A DNA stretch of 61,719 nt, counting the filler, from Anaerolineae bacterium (lineage in GTDB: Bacteria > Chloroflexota > Anaerolineae > Epilineales > Epilineaceae): assembly GCA_029262755.1 (NCBI GenBank). It is 4 parts of 4 records of this genome, joined end to end, with 100 filler letters (N's around TTAATTAATTAA, not from the genome) between each part and the next. Parts side by side here need not be neighbours in the genome. Positions count along the whole stretch, not along the records: positions 50,052 to 61,719 come from JAJCYU010000121.1; 3 more parts are not named here. The stretch is one strand, 5' to 3'. Of this stretch, positions 60,314-61,719 are shown piece by piece. The notes beneath the pieces were generated by a model. That model was given only the letters and a program-made list of their open reading frames with translations. It was not told where the DNA came from and made no database searches. Both the position numbers and the translations under genes were made by a program. Numbering within the stretch: the stretch's first letter is position 1; each line of letters begins with the position of its first letter.

Positions 60314-61230
60314 CTCGTCAGGCGCCACAGCCCGGCGAGCGTCAGGCTCATGCCCACGACCGTATTGAGCGCGGGGAACCACCAGTAGGCGCGCTCGACA
60401 TCGAGTCGCAGCCCGACGATCGCGCCGACAAAGACCGGATAGAGCCCCAGTACGGGCACGAAGGCCCACGATAGGCTGCCGAAGGCCGCGGCCGCCGCCA
60501 GCCAGCAGGCGCTGCAATAGGCGTACGCGCCGCGCGTCCCGAGCACCGTGGCCGTCGTCCGCACGCCCGCCGCCCGGTCCGGCGCGATGTCGGGGATCGC
60601 CGAAAACGTATGCATCGCCATCGTCCACAGCCAGCCGCCGAGGATCGCAGCCGTGGGCGGTGGCTCGCCGGCCAGCAGCGTATATGCGGCCACGCCGGGC
60701 AGGATGTAGAGCCCGTTGGAGAGCGAGTCGAGCAGCGGCCGCACCTTGAAACGCAGCGGCGGCGCGCTATAGAAGACGGCCAAGAAGAAGAAGCCGAGCA
60801 TCCATACGCGCGTTCCAGGAGGGAGCCAGGCCGTCAGCAGCGCGCCGAGCAACGCGCTTCCCCCGATGGCCGCCCAGACCAGGGCACCTCCCGCGAAGCG
60901 AGCCTCGCGGCCCTCCTTCTTTGGGTTCGCGGCGTCCATCTCCCGGTCGAAGCGATCGTTGACACCGTAGATCAGGACGTTGGCCGGCAGCAGCGCGTAG
61001 GCGAACAGAGCGAGCAACTGCGGCCTCCAGAGATCCGCGACGCTCTGCGCGCCAAAGGCCGCGCCTACCAGCACGGGTCCCGCTACGTAGAGCCAAAAGC
61101 GCGGCCGCGACAGCACGAGCAGGTAGCGCAGCACGCCGGTTTCGTCGCGCGCGCCGCGCTCCGTGCGCGCGTCGTCCACGTTGTGTGAGCCCCCCTCGTC
61201 GCCGCCGCCCGCGCGCGATCCCGCGCTCAT
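60310..61230 (-). CDS. lyeJ: UbiA-family prenyltransferase, lycopene elongase (LyeJ/CrtEb type)
   Basis: LSRPRFWLY, PANVLIYGVNDRFD..D..NPKK, YSAPPLRFK, HTFSAIPDIAPD; between a desaturase and cruF. Confidence 0.8.
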   Translation of the reverse strand: MSAGSRAGGGDEGGSHNVDDARTERGARDETGVLRYLLVLSRPRFWLYVAGPVLVGAAFGAQSVADLWRPQLLALFAYALLPANVLIYGVNDRFDREMDAANPKKEGREARFAGGALVWAAIGGSALLGALLTAWLPPGTRVWMLGFFFLAVFYSAPPLRFKVRPLLDSLSNGLYILPGVAAYTLLAGEPPPTAAILGGWLWTMAMHTFSAIPDIAPDRAAGVRTTATVLGTRGAYAYCSACWLAAAAAFGSLSWAFVPVLGLYPVFVGAIVGLRLDVERAYWWFPALNTVVGMSLTLAGLWRLTR

Positions 61231-61719
61231 CGACCGTGATCCTCGAGGACCGCGCGCGCCGTATGTTCGCCGCTGATCAGGCACATCGGCACCCCGATAC
61301 CGGGCGTGGTGTACGCGCCGGTGAAGTACAGCCCGGCCATGCGCTTGGAGCGCCGCCGCGGCCGAGCGAAGGCGCTCTGCGTCAACGTATGCGCCAGCCC
61401 GAGCGCCGAGCCTTCCGCCGCGTGATAGCGCGCCGCGAAGTCCGACACGCTGAAGGCGCGCTCAAACACGATGCGCTCACGCAGGTCCTCGCCGGTATGA
61501 CGCGCGACGTCCTCCAGGATCCGATCGCGATAGGCCCTGCGCGTCGCCTCCCCATCTTCCAGCCCCGCGGCGATCGGCACGAGCACGAAGAGGTTGCTGT
61601 GCCCGGGCGGCGCCACGGTGTCGTCGGTCTTAGAGGGTACGCAGAGGTAGTATGCCGGATCATCCGGCCACGCGGGCCGGCTGAAAAGGGTGTCGAAGTG
61701 CGGCTCCCAGTCGTTCGGC
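61227..61719 (-). CDS. crtD: Second phytoene-desaturase-family enzyme, probable carotenoid 3,4-desaturase (C-terminal part)
   Basis: PAYYLCVPSKTDDTVAPPGHSNLFVLVP, ALGLAHTL, YFTGAYTTPGIGVPMCLISG; ATGA-coupled to lyeJ. Confidence 0.75.
   Translation of the reverse strand, partial: PNDWEPHFDTLFSRPAWPDDPAYYLCVPSKTDDTVAPPGHSNLFVLVPIAAGLEDGEATRRAYRDRILEDVARHTGEDLRERIVFERAFSVSDFAARYHAAEGSALGLAHTLTQSAFARPRRRSKRMAGLYFTGAYTTPGIGVPMCLISGEHTARAVLEDHGR

Overview
High-GC bacterial DNA, most likely Chloroflexota (Anaerolineae-like, inferred from FtsH/SecG sequence style and secreted-protein tails). It is four contigs joined by artificial N-TTAATTAATTAA-N linkers (18320-18419, 39084-39183, 49952-50051), so synteny across gaps means nothing. 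Contig 1: four STAND/AAA+ NTPases arranged as two coupled pairs (sensor-type STAND plus STAND-OmpR/PhoB wHTH), a candidate stand-alone sRNA, then icd, pckA, pncC, ftsH, a PASTA kinase, DAGK, a CAX antiporter, secG and a peptide-binding protein. Contig 2: Uma2, an 18-bp repeat array, a propeller-VWA surface protein, two enzymes, a Met/Asp-rich secreted protein, a MacAB-like exporter, tRNA-Gly, tRNA-Thr, an LVIVD protein, DM13, mutY and another VWA protein. Contig 3: ABC-F, three tandem VWA paralogues (the last frameshifted), an epimerase and an SF2 helicase with an SOS-like box. Contig 4: an Opp transporter, DinB and a carotenoid cluster (crtI, crtB, a CarH-like B12 photoreceptor and a haloarchaeal-type crtD-lyeJ-cruF trio). 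Best leads: the paired-STAND signalling system, the VWA-in-Ig adhesin family with a putative isopeptide triad and a shared (I/L)(Y/F/W)LP tail, the transcribed 18-bp array, the orphan sRNA and the bacterioruberin-type pathway. All calls come from reading motifs by eye; no searches were run.
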